Shown here: positions 49,002 to 60,252 of the stretch, piece after piece
How the letters are laid out: every line of letters starts with the position of its first letter
Numbering within the stretch: the stretch's first letter is position 1
Assembly (NCBI GenBank): GCA_021298245.1
Contig: JAJTDZ010000011.1
Span: forward strand, 17,247-81,246
Reading direction: 5' to 3'
From: Algoriphagus sp.
GTDB taxonomy: Bacteria > Bacteroidota > Bacteroidia > Cytophagales > Cyclobacteriaceae
DNA length: 64,000 nt
Translations under genes and position numbers: made by a program
The notes under the pieces: model-generated
The model's input: the letters and a program-made list of their open reading frames with translations, nothing else
What the model was told of the DNA's origin: nothing
Database searches by the model: none

Positions 49002-49640
49002 TTATCCTCTTTTTAATTCGTTGTAATAAGCTGATATGCGTAGCAAATCACCTCTTTTATCATGTTCAAGACGGTTTTTTCGCATGTAGAGTTGGAGTTC
49101 TTCCTCGTATCCTGGAAGCAAATCAAAGAGCTCCTTTTTCTTCATACTGTACTTCTCCAAACGACCCTCCTTTAAAAAGTAAAAAGTGAAAGCGAGCCGA
49201 TATCCTGTAAAATTTTGAGGTCCCCAAAAGGGATTCATCCCCATAGCTCCCCAATTGTTCATGCCTCGGGTGTCGGTGGCAATGTATTCTCTACAAAGTA
49301 GAGCTAAGTAATCGCCTTGGGTGAGTACTTCAAAAAAAAATGGTGTTTCATAATCTCCATTTGAAGCATAAGGTAAGCTGTAAAATTTTCGTATACCTCC
49401 ATAGGTTTCATCGTAAATATCAAAATTTGCCACATTGGAGGCTGTAAAAGTGATTACGGTTTCAGTTTGCAACTGAAGCAAATTATTATCCAAATCGTAC
49501 TTCAATAATCCAGAATACGAAGTTCCATCGTTAAGTTGCAGATTGCCCTTGTGCCAGGTTTGGGAGGGAAACTTGTTTTGAGCCTCAAGTACAGCGATGA
49601 AGCTTAAAAACAGTAAAGAACAAAGGATTAATTTTTTCAT
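49002..49640 (-). CDS. Conserved hypothetical exported protein
   Basis: Signal peptide starts at MKKLIL (ATG 49640); co-oriented between ribBA and surE. Confidence 0.7.
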   Translation of the reverse strand: MKKLILCSLLFLSFIAVLEAQNKFPSQTWHKGNLQLNDGTSYSGLLKYDLDNNLLQLQTETVITFTASNVANFDIYDETYGGIRKFYSLPYASNGDYETPFFFEVLTQGDYLALLCREYIATDTRGMNNWGAMGMNPFWGPQNFTGYRLAFTFYFLKEGRLEKYSMKKKELFDLLPGYEEELQLYMRKNRLEHDKRGDLLRISAYYNELKRG

Positions 49641-49714
49641 ACGATTCACTAGCATGTACACGGAAAAGTCGCTTTTTTTGTTTTTCAAATAAGGCAACCT
49701 AACGGGAAAAATTA

Positions 49715-50926
49715 CTATTTTAAAATGGAATGCCCCATCTTATCTCTTTTGGTTTGCAGGTATTTTTGATTGTGAGGATTGGGTTGAATTTCAATGGGAA
49801 CTTGTTCTATGATCTCCAAACCATATCCTAAAAGCCCTACACGTTTTTGAGGATTATTTGAAAGTAACCTAAGTTTACTTATTCCTAAATCCCTCAGTAT
49901 TTGTGCCCCTACCCCATAATCTCTTCCATCCATGGGCAATCCTAAGGCCAAATTAGCCTGTACGGTATCCATTCCCTCTTCTTGAAGTTTGTAGGCTTTT
50001 AATTTATTGATCAGACCAATCCCCCTACCCTCTTGATGCATGTACAAAACTACTCCCTTGCCTTCCTGTTCCACACGCTGCATGGCAGCATGAAGTTGAG
50101 GACCGCAATCGCAGCGGCAAGAACCAAAAATATCTCCCGTAGCGCAGGACGAATGTACTCTCACCAAAATGGGCTCATCCTTTTCCCAAGTGCCTTTGCA
50201 TAAGGCCAAATGAATTTCTTGGGTATTGGTTTGCCGATAGGCTACCAGGTCAAAATTACCCCATTCCGTAGGCATATCTACATCGATTTCTTTGGTAATC
50301 AAGGTCTCATTTTTCAAACGGTAAGCAATCAAATCTTTGATTGATACCAGTTTCAACTGAAATCTATCCCTAACCTTGATCAAATCCTCAAGACGTGCCA
50401 TACTTCCGTCCTCATTCATGATTTCAACTAGCACCCCTGCTGGCTTTAGACCAGCCAATCGTGCAAAGTCAATGGCCGCTTCGGTATGCCCTGCTCTGCG
50501 AAGTACTCCTCCACGTTTAGCTTTTAATGGGAAAATATGGCCTGGCTTTCCCAATTCACTGGGGTGAATACCTTCATCCACTAAGGCAAGGATGGTTTTG
50601 GCACGATCAGAAGCGGATATTCCGGTAGTGCAGCCATGCCCTATCAAATCTACAGAAACGGTAAATGGGGTTTCAAAGGCGGCGGTATTGTTGCCTACCA
50701 TAAGGTCCAATCCCAATTGTTCGCATCGGTCTTCAATCAACGGAGCACAGATAAGTCCTCTCCCATGCGTAGCCATAAAATTGATAATTTCAGGACTCAC
50801 CATTTCGGCGGCACATACAAAATCACCTTCATTTTCGCGATCTTCATCGTCAACCACAATAATCACCTTACCATTTTTAATGGCGTCTATGGCATCTTCA
50901 ATGGGATCAAGAATGAAATTTTTCAC
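49715..50926 (-). CDS. ribBA: Bifunctional DHBP synthase / GTP cyclohydrolase II
   Basis: [24 protein letters not shown]...[11 protein letters not shown]. Confidence 0.95.
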   Translation of the reverse strand: MKNFILDPIEDAIDAIKNGKVIIVVDDEDRENEGDFVCAAEMVSPEIINFMATHGRGLICAPLIEDRCEQLGLDLMVGNNTAAFETPFTVSVDLIGHGCTTGISASDRAKTILALVDEGIHPSELGKPGHIFPLKAKRGGVLRRAGHTEAAIDFARLAGLKPAGVLVEIMNEDGSMARLEDLIKVRDRFQLKLVSIKDLIAYRLKNETLITKEIDVDMPTEWGNFDLVAYRQTNTQEIHLALCKGTWEKDEPILVRVHSSCATGDIFGSCRCDCGPQLHAAMQRVEQEGKGVVLYMHQEGRGIGLINKLKAYKLQEEGMDTVQANLALGLPMDGRDYGVGAQILRDLGISKLRLLSNNPQKRVGLLGYGLEIIEQVPIEIQPNPHNQKYLQTKRDKMGHSILK

Positions 50927-51009
50927 AATATTTTTTTAAAAATTAATTTGGGTTGACAAATGTATCCTCTTTCTATCTAAAACAGGAAGTAAGCAAATAA
51001 AGTTTGTGC

Positions 51010-52947
51010 CTATCCCACCACAATGCCTAATTCCTTATCCATGGAAAGTTTCATTTTTTTAAGCTCCAAATAAATGGTTTGAAACTCCCCAACCTGATCT
51101 TGGTCTTGTCCAGAAGACTCAGCTTCCTTGATTTTCTGGATGGCTTCCTCCATCAATTTTTGTAAGAGCCTTCGTTTTAGTCTTAAAATGGATTTAAAGG
51201 CAGTATGCGCCAAATCATCAGATTCAAATTGAATAAAAATCTGAAACTTATCTTTCCAATGGGCCGAAACTTCATGTTTCTGGGACATAAGTGCAATGGC
51301 TTCCTGCTTTACTTCTGCGTCTGCTTGATTTAAAAATATAGCCTGGGTAGGCGGTGTTCCTTGTTCTACCCAATTTTTATAGAGGGACAGCATCTTTTTG
51401 TACAAAGGAGTTTTAAACTCCACCTCTTTGATTTCATTTAAAATATAGTTACAAAAATACCCCTCCTCCTGTTCCAAAGGATGCCCACCATAATTGATCA
51501 AGAGCCTCAAGGTCTCTCTTTCTTGAATGCGAAAAATGTCATGAGAGTCCAAATTCTGCTTGGGAGGCAGTAAATCAGCCACCTGCTCCTCCATCTCCTT
51601 TTGTTCTTTGCTGCGTTGGAAGGATTCCTTTTGAGATTTAAGAAGCAGCTTATTCAATTCAGCGTGAACAATTTCTTCCTCTATATCCAAAAGCAGAGAA
51701 GTTTCCTTGGCATACACAGAACGTAGAATGGGGTCTGGAATTTTAGAAATGCTTTCAACCACTTCCCGAATCACTCCCGCCTTGCGAATTGGATCCTTGG
51801 CTATTTCGTCCTTGTAAAGGCTAATTTTGAAGGCTATAAAATCTTGGCTTTTCTCCTTCAAATAATCTTGGAAGGCTTGAGTGCCTACTTTTCTGGAATA
51901 ACTGTCAGGGTCATCCCCATCAGGAAAGGTCACCGCTTTTACCTGCAGCCCTCCTTCCAAAAGCAAATCTATTCCTCGCAATGAAGCCTTTATACCTGCC
52001 GCATCCCCATCGTAAAGTACAGTGACTTGATGGGTAAATCGTTGAATCAACTTAATTTGTCCTTCCGTAAGAGAAGTGCCTGAAGAAGCCACCACGTTCT
52101 CAATTCCTGCTAAGTGTAGGGATATTACATCGGTATACCCTTCTACCAAATAGCAATTATTCAATTCGCGAATGGCTTTTTTGGCCTGAAACATGCCATA
52201 AAGCACGTCGCTTTTGTGGTAAATAGGAGTCTCCGGGGAATTGATGTATTTGGGTTGATTTTTATCCTTGGTAAGGATCCTAGCTCCAAACCCTATGGCC
52301 TTTCCACTGACGTTATGGATGGTAAAGGTCACACGATTTCTAAACCTGTCGTAGAGCCGTTCGGGCTCCCCTTCTTTCTGTAATATTAGTCCTGCTTTCA
52401 GCAATATTTCTTCCTCAAAGCCAGCTGCTTTTGCTGCTTTGAACAAGTGATCCCAACCCTCTAAGGCATAGCCTAGATCAAACTTTTCAAGTACCTGTTG
52501 GGAGAAACCTCTTTCCTTGAAATAACTCAATCCTATGGCTTTTCCCTCTTCGGTGCCGAGGTTTTGCACAAAAAAATCTTTTGCAAAATTTACTGCGATA
52601 AATAGACTCTCGCGTTCGTTGTGTTCTTGGTGTTGCTCCGGACTGAGGGATGCCTCTTCCTCTACTTCAATGCCATATTTTTTGGCCAACTGCCTGATGG
52701 CTTCTTGAAACCCGATCCCCTCAATATCCATCACAAACTGGATGGGATCACCTGCCTTTCCACATCCAAAGCATTTATAGATTTGCTTGGTGGGTGACAG
52801 GGAAAATGAAGGGGTTTTCTCCCCATGAAAAGGACAGCAAGCCCAAAGATTTTGCCCCTTCTTTTTCAGGGGAATGTAATCCCCTACCACCTCGACAATA
52901 TCTGCGCGTTCTTTTACTTTATCTGAAGTGAATTTGCTGATGGGCAT
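51010..52947 (-). CDS. dnaG: DNA primase
   Basis: CPFH..KTPSF...CFGC zinc ribbon, KYINSPET, TOPRIM EGYTD and YDGDAAG. Confidence 0.96.
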   Translation of the reverse strand: MPISKFTSDKVKERADIVEVVGDYIPLKKKGQNLWACCPFHGEKTPSFSLSPTKQIYKCFGCGKAGDPIQFVMDIEGIGFQEAIRQLAKKYGIEVEEEASLSPEQHQEHNERESLFIAVNFAKDFFVQNLGTEEGKAIGLSYFKERGFSQQVLEKFDLGYALEGWDHLFKAAKAAGFEEEILLKAGLILQKEGEPERLYDRFRNRVTFTIHNVSGKAIGFGARILTKDKNQPKYINSPETPIYHKSDVLYGMFQAKKAIRELNNCYLVEGYTDVISLHLAGIENVVASSGTSLTEGQIKLIQRFTHQVTVLYDGDAAGIKASLRGIDLLLEGGLQVKAVTFPDGDDPDSYSRKVGTQAFQDYLKEKSQDFIAFKISLYKDEIAKDPIRKAGVIREVVESISKIPDPILRSVYAKETSLLLDIEEEIVHAELNKLLLKSQKESFQRSKEQKEMEEQVADLLPPKQNLDSHDIFRIQERETLRLLINYGGHPLEQEEGYFCNYILNEIKEVEFKTPLYKKMLSLYKNWVEQGTPPTQAIFLNQADAEVKQEAIALMSQKHEVSAHWKDKFQIFIQFESDDLAHTAFKSILRLKRRLLQKLMEEAIQKIKEAESSGQDQDQVGEFQTIYLELKKMKLSMDKELGIVVG

Positions 52948-53095
52948 AGGGGGAAACTAGAAAGTAAAGGTAATCACTATACCGAGAAAAATGGACCGTC
53001 TAGAAAACGAATTCTTTTCCTAAGGTAATTTCATCTTGAGTCAAGAAGGGTTTTTCTATAAGGCATTCTTAACCTAACTTGCAAAAAAAAAGAAT

Positions 53096-54193
53096 TTGAT
53101 GCAACTGACGGCAGAATTGTTGAAAAAGTCACTTTCCAAAGTGCAAGATCCCGACATCAAGCGAGATTTGGTTTCTTTGGGAATGATTCAAGACATCCAC
53201 ATCGAAGGCAAACAGGTGCGCTTTAAAGTGGTCTTGACCACTCCAGCTTGCCCGCTTAAGGAAGTAATTAAAAACAATTGCCTACAAGTTTTAGAAGAAG
53301 ATTTCGGGAATTCGTGGACCTATGACATTCACATGTCTGCTCAAGTGTCCACCGTCCGAGAGGCAACCCCAATTTTACCTGAAGTTCGAAACATCATCGC
53401 GATCGCCTCTGGTAAAGGAGGAGTGGGAAAATCAACTACTGCGGTCAATTTAGCCGTGGGCTTGGCTCAACTTGGAGCGAAAGTGGGATTGGTTGATGCG
53501 GATATTTCTGGTCCCTCTATACCTATCATGTTTAATGTAGAAGGTGAACAGCCCGCCGTAAAAAGAATAGGAGAAAAAAATAGCATCGTCCCAGTAGAAC
53601 AGTATGGAGTCAAAATGATGTCTATTGGATTTTTGACCCCCACCGACAGCGCAGTGGTTTGGAGAGGGCCCATGGCAAGCTCCGCTTTGCGTCAATTTAT
53701 ATCCGATGTGGAATGGGGCGCATTGGATTATTTGTTGATTGACTTGCCTCCAGGTACCTCAGATATTCACTTGACTTTGGTGCAAACAGTGCCCGTTACA
53801 GGCGCTGTGATAGTAACTACCCCACAAAAAATTGCATTGGCCGATGCGAGTAAAGGAATTTCTATGTTTAAACAGGCACAAATTAACGTTCCTATCTTAG
53901 GTGTTGTAGAAAATATGGCGTATTTTACGCCTGAAGAACTTCCTTCTAATAAATATTACTTATTTGGAAAGGATGGAGGCAAGAAATTAGCCGAGACCTA
54001 CCAGGTACCTTTTTTAGGAGAGATTCCGATAGTGCAAAGTATTCGCGAAAGTGGGGATACTGGATTTCCGGCAGTTTTAAAGGCAGGGGCAACGCAAGTT
54101 GCTTACCACGCCCTATCCCAGGAAGTTGCCCGACAAGTCGCCATACGAAATGCCTCTTTAGAAAAAACAGAACCCGTAGAAATTAACCCTTAA
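53096..54193 (+). CDS. Mrp/NBP35 (ApbC) Fe-S cluster carrier ATPase
   Basis: N-terminal TTPACP (DUF59-like), GKGGVGKS, WRGPM, DLPPGT, TTPQ. Confidence 0.92.
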   Translation: MMQLTAELLKKSLSKVQDPDIKRDLVSLGMIQDIHIEGKQVRFKVVLTTPACPLKEVIKNNCLQVLEEDFGNSWTYDIHMSAQVSTVREATPILPEVRNIIAIASGKGGVGKSTTAVNLAVGLAQLGAKVGLVDADISGPSIPIMFNVEGEQPAVKRIGEKNSIVPVEQYGVKMMSIGFLTPTDSAVVWRGPMASSALRQFISDVEWGALDYLLIDLPPGTSDIHLTLVQTVPVTGAVIVTTPQKIALADASKGISMFKQAQINVPILGVVENMAYFTPEELPSNKYYLFGKDGGKKLAETYQVPFLGEIPIVQSIRESGDTGFPAVLKAGATQVAYHALSQEVARQVAIRNASLEKTEPVEINP

Positions 54194-54199
54194 GTCTAA

Positions 54200-54451
54200 G
54201 TGATGGAAGCAGTATTGAGAGAAAAAATAGAGTTTGCCTTAGATACCATTCGGCCTTATCTGGAAGCAGATGGAGGCAATGTGCGCGTGGTAGAGCTTAC
54301 CGATGACGCTGTATTGAAAATTGAAATGTTGGGAAACTGCGGTTCGTGCCCCATGTCTTCCATGACCTTAAAAGCAGGAGTAGAAGAAGCAATAAAAAGA
54401 GCCATTCCAGAAATCGCGCGTGTTGAGGCCGTTAACCTTACTGTCGCTTGA
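54200..54451 (+). CDS. NifU/NfuA-type Fe-S scaffold domain protein
   Basis: IRPYLEADGG...GNCGSCP (CxxC). Confidence 0.92.
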   Translation: MMEAVLREKIEFALDTIRPYLEADGGNVRVVELTDDAVLKIEMLGNCGSCPMSSMTLKAGVEEAIKRAIPEIARVEAVNLTVA

Positions 54452-54462
54452 ACCCACATTAA

Positions 54463-57400
54463 ATGAAAAATTGGTATCAAAAAAGTCTATTTTATTTTCT
54501 TGGAATAAGCCTTATTCTAGGTTCAACTCTTTCTGCTTTTGGACAAAAAATTAGCCTTCAAGACTTTAATGCCAACATAGGTCAAGTTAGCACCCACAAT
54601 CACTCTGAAAAATGTGCCCATACCCTAATCGAAGCCCAGCAAGAAAAGGAACTTGGGGTTTTGGGAAGCAAATCCGTATTTGAAGATTGGATCAATCAAA
54701 AAATAGCTCAAAAAAATCGACAGCCACAACTTTTGATGACCCAAGCAGTTCCAAGAGTCATCCCCGTGGTAGTTCATGTCCTGCATAATGGGACAGCAGT
54801 AGGTGTCGAAGCCAATATTTCAGATGCGCAGATTTTACAGCAAATTCGGGTACTAAATGAAGATTTTCGAAGAAAAAATGTAGATGCTAACCGCACCCCC
54901 GAAGAATTTCTTCCAGTAGCAGCAGATGCGAACATTGAATTTGTGCTCGCCAAACAGGACCCAAACGGGCTTCCCACCAATGGAATTGTCCGGAAACAGG
55001 GGCCCAAAACCATTTATGGACCAGAAGACGCAACCCTAATCGGTCAGACCTCCCAATGGAATCCTGAAGAATACTTGAATATGTGGGTTGTGCCTTTAGT
55101 GGATCCTTATTTAGGCTATGCAACCTTTCCCACCTCTGACCTGCCTGGACTTAATTTTGCACCCTCGGCAGCTATTCGTGATGGGGTAACTGTGGATTAT
55201 CTATTTTTTGGAACTGGGCCTGGCACAGCTGCCAATACCAATGGAAGAACTACTACCCATGAAGTAGGACACTACCTCGGCTTGCGTCACATTTGGGGAG
55301 ATGGAGGCTGCGAGGTAGATGATTTCGTTCTCGACACGCCAAATCAAGACAATCCCAACAATACCATTTGCAATGATAACCCAACTCGGTTTTCTTGTGG
55401 AAATAATAACATGATTCAGAACTACATGGATTACACCCCAGATCCATGCATGAACCTCTTTACCAAGGGTCAAGTGGAACGCTTTGATGTAGTCTTAGCC
55501 AATAGTCCTAGAAGAGCGACCTTGGTCAATAATAGGGCCACAAGAGATCCTCAACTCTCCACTAGAGATGTATCCCTATCGAAAGTTGTATATCCTTCAG
55601 ATGCACTTTGTCAGACCATCATTGCTCCCCAAGTAGAGGTTCAAAACAGTGGAAATGATTTGGTGAGTTCCGTAAGCATAGAATTCAGATGGAACGGAAG
55701 GTTGATTGAAACCAAGCGCTTTGAAACTAACCTAAGAACATCAGAAAAAGCTATTTTAAGTTTCGGTAATTTGGATACCAATGGAGAATCCAATGAATTT
55801 GCATTTACCATCGTACAAGTCAATGACCTAGAAGACTTGGTTCCTAGCAATAATTCCCTAACCACCAAACCGGTACAACAAGGTCAATTGACTCTCCCCT
55901 ATTCTGTTTCTTTGAGCACACTTCCCAGCACCTGGATTATTGGCAATCCAGATCAATCCTTGACCTGGGAAAAAACTACCCTTACCTTGGATGGGGTAGC
56001 TCAGCCCAGCTTATTTATTCGTCATTACGAATACGAGGCGCAGGGACAGCTCGACTACTTTGTTTCTCCGCAAATTGACCTAGACAAATACCCAAATGCC
56101 CAATTGGTATTTGAAATAGCACATGGCCCTTTCAACCAAGTAGGATTCCAAGATGAATTGTTGGTTGCTATAGCTCCAGATTGTAGTTTGGATTTTGACA
56201 TCATTACCCCTCCCTACAAGAAAAGTGGTACAAGACTTCAAACTTCAGATGCGACAGCAGAGGAATTTATTCCTACAAGCAATACTCAATTCAGAACCGA
56301 ACTAGTCAATTTGAGTAAATTCAAAGATTTAGGTAAAATTCGATTGGCTATTGTGACTAAAAATGCTTTTGGGAACAACATATACCTCCGAAACATTCGG
56401 GTAGTACCTACTGAAGAATTTAAATACGAGCTAGTGATTGAGGATATCCTTGCGCCAACTCCAATTAGTTCTGGTAATCATGCGCAGGAAATCGTGCGGA
56501 TAAAAAACACGGGCAACCTTCCAGTTTCCAAATTCCTTTTCTCCAGAAATACAAATAATTCGGGTAACCGTGTTTTTGTAGGTTCGGGAACAGCCATCAA
56601 ACCTGGTGAATCTGTCAATGTAACCTTGGCCAATTCCACAGTGGATGGAAAGAATAACCTAAAATTTAGAATTTCAGAACCCAATTTTGACCAGAATTTC
56701 CCTGCCGCTCCTCAAGTCAACTGGTTTAATATTGAAAATTTTACTGGTAGATTGGAAGTACCGTGGAGGCAAAATTTCAATGCTAGCTCAGACCTGGCAC
56801 CTTGGCTGACCATCAATCCTGAAAACGATCAGAATGCATGGCAAGTAACTTCAGTAAGCAGTCCAACAGGACCAAATAATGTAGCTAGGATTCAAAATGC
56901 TTCTGATGGAAACTCCTATTGGATGGGAACTCCAATTTTTGATCTATCGGTAAGCAGACAAGCCAGTGTATTCTTTGACTTGGCTGCAGGAGCAGTCAAT
57001 CCGGGCACCACACTTTACCTCCTTGCCAGTGCCAATGAAGGGGAAACGTACAAAGTAATGTGGTCAGCTGCGGGGGCAGCCCTCAGCACCATTACTTCAG
57101 GAGCAGCCAACCCCAATAGTGCTTCGGATTACCGAAGAAAATATGTCAACCTTACCGAATTCGCCGGAGAAGGAAAAAAACAAATTCGGTTGGCTTTTGT
57201 ACTTGACGTAGCTGGATCGCAAAATTCACCGATTTACTTGGACAACCTTGAGCTGTTTTTGAGTGCTAATCCCGACCCTGTAATTCCAGCAGAAAGGAAT
57301 ACGATCATCTATCCCAACCCTGCTACTGAGTTTGTTAATATCGCTTTCAATCTCCCCAAAAGAGAAAATGTAAGCATTCAAATTATCTCCTCTACAGGTG

Positions 57401-57540
57401 CAATCGTGAGGGAGTTATCCTTTCCTAATACCTTAAACCAAACCTATACCTTCAGTAGAGAGATGTTTACCTCAGGACTGTATATTTTCAAAATAAATAG
57501 TTCAAGCCTGCAGGAAATCAAACGTGTTCTTATCCAATAA
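54463..57540 (+). CDS. T9SS-secreted M43 (pappalysin/ulilysin-type) zinc metalloprotease
   Basis: IPVVVHV, HEVGHYLGLRH, Met-turn NYMDY and C-terminal IYPNP CTD. Confidence 0.9.
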   Translation: MKNWYQKSLFYFLGISLILGSTLSAFGQKISLQDFNANIGQVSTHNHSEKCAHTLIEAQQEKELGVLGSKSVFEDWINQKIAQKNRQPQLLMTQAVPRVIPVVVHVLHNGTAVGVEANISDAQILQQIRVLNEDFRRKNVDANRTPEEFLPVAADANIEFVLAKQDPNGLPTNGIVRKQGPKTIYGPEDATLIGQTSQWNPEEYLNMWVVPLVDPYLGYATFPTSDLPGLNFAPSAAIRDGVTVDYLFFGTGPGTAANTNGRTTTHEVGHYLGLRHIWGDGGCEVDDFVLDTPNQDNPNNTICNDNPTRFSCGNNNMIQNYMDYTPDPCMNLFTKGQVERFDVVLANSPRRATLVNNRATRDPQLSTRDVSLSKVVYPSDALCQTIIAPQVEVQNSGNDLVSSVSIEFRWNGRLIETKRFETNLRTSEKAILSFGNLDTNGESNEFAFTIVQVNDLEDLVPSNNSLTTKPVQQGQLTLPYSVSLSTLPSTWIIGNPDQSLTWEKTTLTLDGVAQPSLFIRHYEYEAQGQLDYFVSPQIDLDKYPNAQLVFEIAHGPFNQVGFQDELLVAIAPDCSLDFDIITPPYKKSGTRLQTSDATAEEFIPTSNTQFRTELVNLSKFKDLGKIRLAIVTKNAFGNNIYLRNIRVVPTEEFKYELVIEDILAPTPISSGNHAQEIVRIKNTGNLPVSKFLFSRNTNNSGNRVFVGSGTAIKPGESVNVTLANSTVDGKNNLKFRISEPNFDQNFPAAPQVNWFNIENFTGRLEVPWRQNFNASSDLAPWLTINPENDQNAWQVTSVSSPTGPNNVARIQNASDGNSYWMGTPIFDLSVSRQASVFFDLAAGAVNPGTTLYLLASANEGETYKVMWSAAGAALSTITSGAANPNSASDYRRKYVNLTEFAGEGKKQIRLAFVLDVAGSQNSPIYLDNLELFLSANPDPVIPAERNTIIYPNPATEFVNIAFNLPKRENVSIQIISSTGAIVRELSFPNTLNQTYTFSREMFTSGLYIFKINSSSLQEIKRVLIQ

Positions 57541-57543
57541 TTC

Positions 57544-57580
57544 AAATACGCCGAGCCTTAGGGTTCGGCGTATTTTTTTT
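57544..57580 (+). terminator. Intrinsic terminator after the M43 gene
   Basis: AAATACGCCGAGCC...GGTTCGGCGTATTT hairpin followed by a T-run. Confidence 0.8.
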
Positions 57581-57656
57581 AGGATATTCTTACTTTTTAC
57601 CACCTTTGTACGTTGATACAGCATGCGGAAATCTTTACTTCAGCAGTTCTAGAAAA

Positions 57657-58412
57657 ATGAAACCATTTACCCAGCAACTAAAAAAAGTCGGGATCAATTT
57701 GGGCATCATCCTTGCCATTTCGATTACCCTTGGATTTTTATTTCTAAAGGTTTACTTGCCCCTATATACCAACCATGGAGATACGGTAACTGTACCTGAC
57801 CTAAGTGGTCTAGATTACGAAGAAGCCGTTGAATTGCTCGAAGCTTCTTCCCTGCAATATGAAGTTTCTCCAGACTCTAGTTTCAGCACCGAACAAGATC
57901 CTTTGGCAATTTTAAAGCAACTCCCAGAGGCGAATGCCTTGGTGAAAAAAGATCGTAAAATCTACCTTACGCTCAATGCTAGAAATGCTCCCATCCTTAA
58001 AATGCCAAGCTTGATTAACATGCCTTTGAAAAATGTGCAAGAAATTTTGGCCAACATTGGTTTAGAGCGAGGAGACATCGTCTATGTCCCAGATATTGGT
58101 ATCAATGTAGTCCTAGAGCAACGATACAAAGGAGCACCCATAAGAGAAGGTGCTGAAATCCCCAAAGGGTCTAAAGTCGATTTGGTGGTAGGCGATGGCA
58201 TGGGAAATCAATTGCTAAATGCTCCCAACTTCGTTGGCATGGAGGAAGAAGAGGCGGAATTTTTGGCATTGGGTTCAGGACTTCGCATTGGTAGAAAGAC
58301 CTATGCTAGAACAGACTCCGTGGCTCCGGGGAAAATTTATTTGCAAAGCCCCCCTGCAGGAACAGAAGTAAGAACTGGAGACCTAGTGGATCTTTGGGTT
58401 GCAAAAAAATAA
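57657..58412 (+). CDS. PASTA domain protein (3 PASTA repeats)
   Basis: N-terminal TM followed by VPDLSGL, MPSLINM and APNFVGM repeats; ATG 57657 preferred. Confidence 0.85.
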   Translation: MKPFTQQLKKVGINLGIILAISITLGFLFLKVYLPLYTNHGDTVTVPDLSGLDYEEAVELLEASSLQYEVSPDSSFSTEQDPLAILKQLPEANALVKKDRKIYLTLNARNAPILKMPSLINMPLKNVQEILANIGLERGDIVYVPDIGINVVLEQRYKGAPIREGAEIPKGSKVDLVVGDGMGNQLLNAPNFVGMEEEEAEFLALGSGLRIGRKTYARTDSVAPGKIYLQSPPAGTEVRTGDLVDLWVAKK

Positions 58413-58415
58413 GGG

Positions 58416-60251
58416 GTGAAGAAGGGATTTTACCATGTTTTTTTTAGTTGTATAGCCTTGCTTGGCTGGAATGCAAACGTTCTTGCCCAGGTAGTAGAGT
58501 TTGGGCCCATTGATCGTAATCCCTGGATTCAGCATTCTCCTAACCAGCCTTTAGCTAGGCAAAGTAACACAGCCACGCTCCCCTTTTGGGATGATTTTTC
58601 AAAGGGAATTCAAGCCTCAAAATGGATTACCAAAGGAGTAAGCTATACAGAAAGCATTGGCAACAGGCCTCCCTCCCTAGGTATGGTAGTATTTAATGGG
58701 GTAGACAGCGAAGGATCCCCATATTCCGTTCAAGCCAAAGACCAAGGCGAAGCTGATTTTCTGACAAGCTTACCTATAGACTTGACCTTGAGCTACTCCA
58801 GTTCCCAACAAAGTACTTATTTGAGTTTTTTTTGGCAGGCGGGAGGAAAAGCGGAAGCTCCAGATAGCAATGACCAATTTTTACTACAAATTTTGGATCC
58901 TCAAGGAACTTGGATCACTATTTGGCAAAAACAGGGTGGATCGGAACTAGATAGAACTCGTTTTTTTCAGGAAATCATTCACATAAAACCAGAATGGCAA
59001 CATGCTTCCTTTCAATTTAGATTTTTTTCCTCAGGAAGGCGGAGTGGACCTTTTGATGCCTGGCTGCTAGATTATGTGTACCTAAACACCCGGCGAAATG
59101 CTACAGACCTAAGCTATCCTGATCGAGCCATCACTCAAGTTTCTACCCTGAGATTGGGAGAGTTTGGGGCTTATCCATGGGAACTTCTAGAAAAAAACCA
59201 GACAGGAAAATGGACGCCCGTAAGAAGTGAATTTCAGAACCTAGAAAATCGATTTAAGGCCATGGAATATTCCATTACCCTACGCGATAGCACCGGTAAT
59301 ACCTTGCTGCCTATCAATGCTACTACCCCCTTCAATCCTGTACCCAATGCCTTGGAAAGAAGAAGTATAGTGAGTAGGACTTTTACAGAAATTCCCCTTC
59401 CTAAGCAAGCTGGAGATCTTTTCGTAGAAACTTCCCTCATTACTGGAGATGGCCTTCTTTTCGAAATCAATGCTTCGGATACGGTACGATACCCTCAAGT
59501 TGATTTTCGAGACAACGATCGGGTAAGTACTCGCTTTGCTTTGCGTGATTACTTTGCCTATGACCAAGGCGTAGCAGATTATGCTGCGGGTGTAAATCAA
59601 AAAGCTGGGCAACTTGCTGTGCAATATACCAGTCCAGAAAGTGTCTTTCTAAAGGGGATTTCCATAGATTTTACCAATGCCAAGCAAATAAATCAGGTAA
59701 TAGATTTAAAAGTTTGGTCTGACCTTAGCAAAAAACCTTTGTATTCGAAAGAAGTGGTTATACAAGCCAAAAAGCAGGGGGAATCCATTCATTATTTTCC
59801 CTTGGAGCAAGCCCTACCCATTACAGGCACGTTTTATGTAGGCTACACCCAATTTACCAACGACTTCCTACAGGTAGGACTCGATAAAAGCAATGACCGC
59901 GGAGATCGAATATATTATAATGTTGGAGGAGGTTGGCAGCAAAATAAGGAGATCAAAGGGGCATTGCTCATTAGGCCACACATCAGCAAGACGGGCAAAG
60001 CCAGTGGAGAGGTAATTCCAGAAAATACACTTAGGATTTATCCCAATCCTGTAGTTCAAGAAGTGATGGTAGAGGGTAAATTTACCAAGCTCCAGGTGAT
60101 GGATGCCTTTGGAAGGGAAGTAATCCTCCCAAGAAGCTCTCAAGCCAATGGAGAAAAGCTTAATTTTACAGGGCAGCTTCCTGGACTATACTTCTTGTAT
60201 GTACAGGGCGAGTCTGGCACATCAACCTATCGAATCATTGTAAGCAACTAA
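58416..60251 (+). CDS. T9SS C-terminal-domain secreted protein of unknown function
   Basis: Signal peptide, LPFWDDFS N-domain and C-terminal IYPNP...PGLY CTD. Confidence 0.78.
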   Translation: MKKGFYHVFFSCIALLGWNANVLAQVVEFGPIDRNPWIQHSPNQPLARQSNTATLPFWDDFSKGIQASKWITKGVSYTESIGNRPPSLGMVVFNGVDSEGSPYSVQAKDQGEADFLTSLPIDLTLSYSSSQQSTYLSFFWQAGGKAEAPDSNDQFLLQILDPQGTWITIWQKQGGSELDRTRFFQEIIHIKPEWQHASFQFRFFSSGRRSGPFDAWLLDYVYLNTRRNATDLSYPDRAITQVSTLRLGEFGAYPWELLEKNQTGKWTPVRSEFQNLENRFKAMEYSITLRDSTGNTLLPINATTPFNPVPNALERRSIVSRTFTEIPLPKQAGDLFVETSLITGDGLLFEINASDTVRYPQVDFRDNDRVSTRFALRDYFAYDQGVADYAAGVNQKAGQLAVQYTSPESVFLKGISIDFTNAKQINQVIDLKVWSDLSKKPLYSKEVVIQAKKQGESIHYFPLEQALPITGTFYVGYTQFTNDFLQVGLDKSNDRGDRIYYNVGGGWQQNKEIKGALLIRPHISKTGKASGEVIPENTLRIYPNPVVQEVMVEGKFTKLQVMDAFGREVILPRSSQANGEKLNFTGQLPGLYFLYVQGESGTSTYRIIVSN

Positions 60252-60252
60252 T

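Noticed and set aside
58470-58486. ATGCAAACGTTCTTGC resembling the LacI operator
   Set aside because: Only a half-site match, inside an unrelated CDS.
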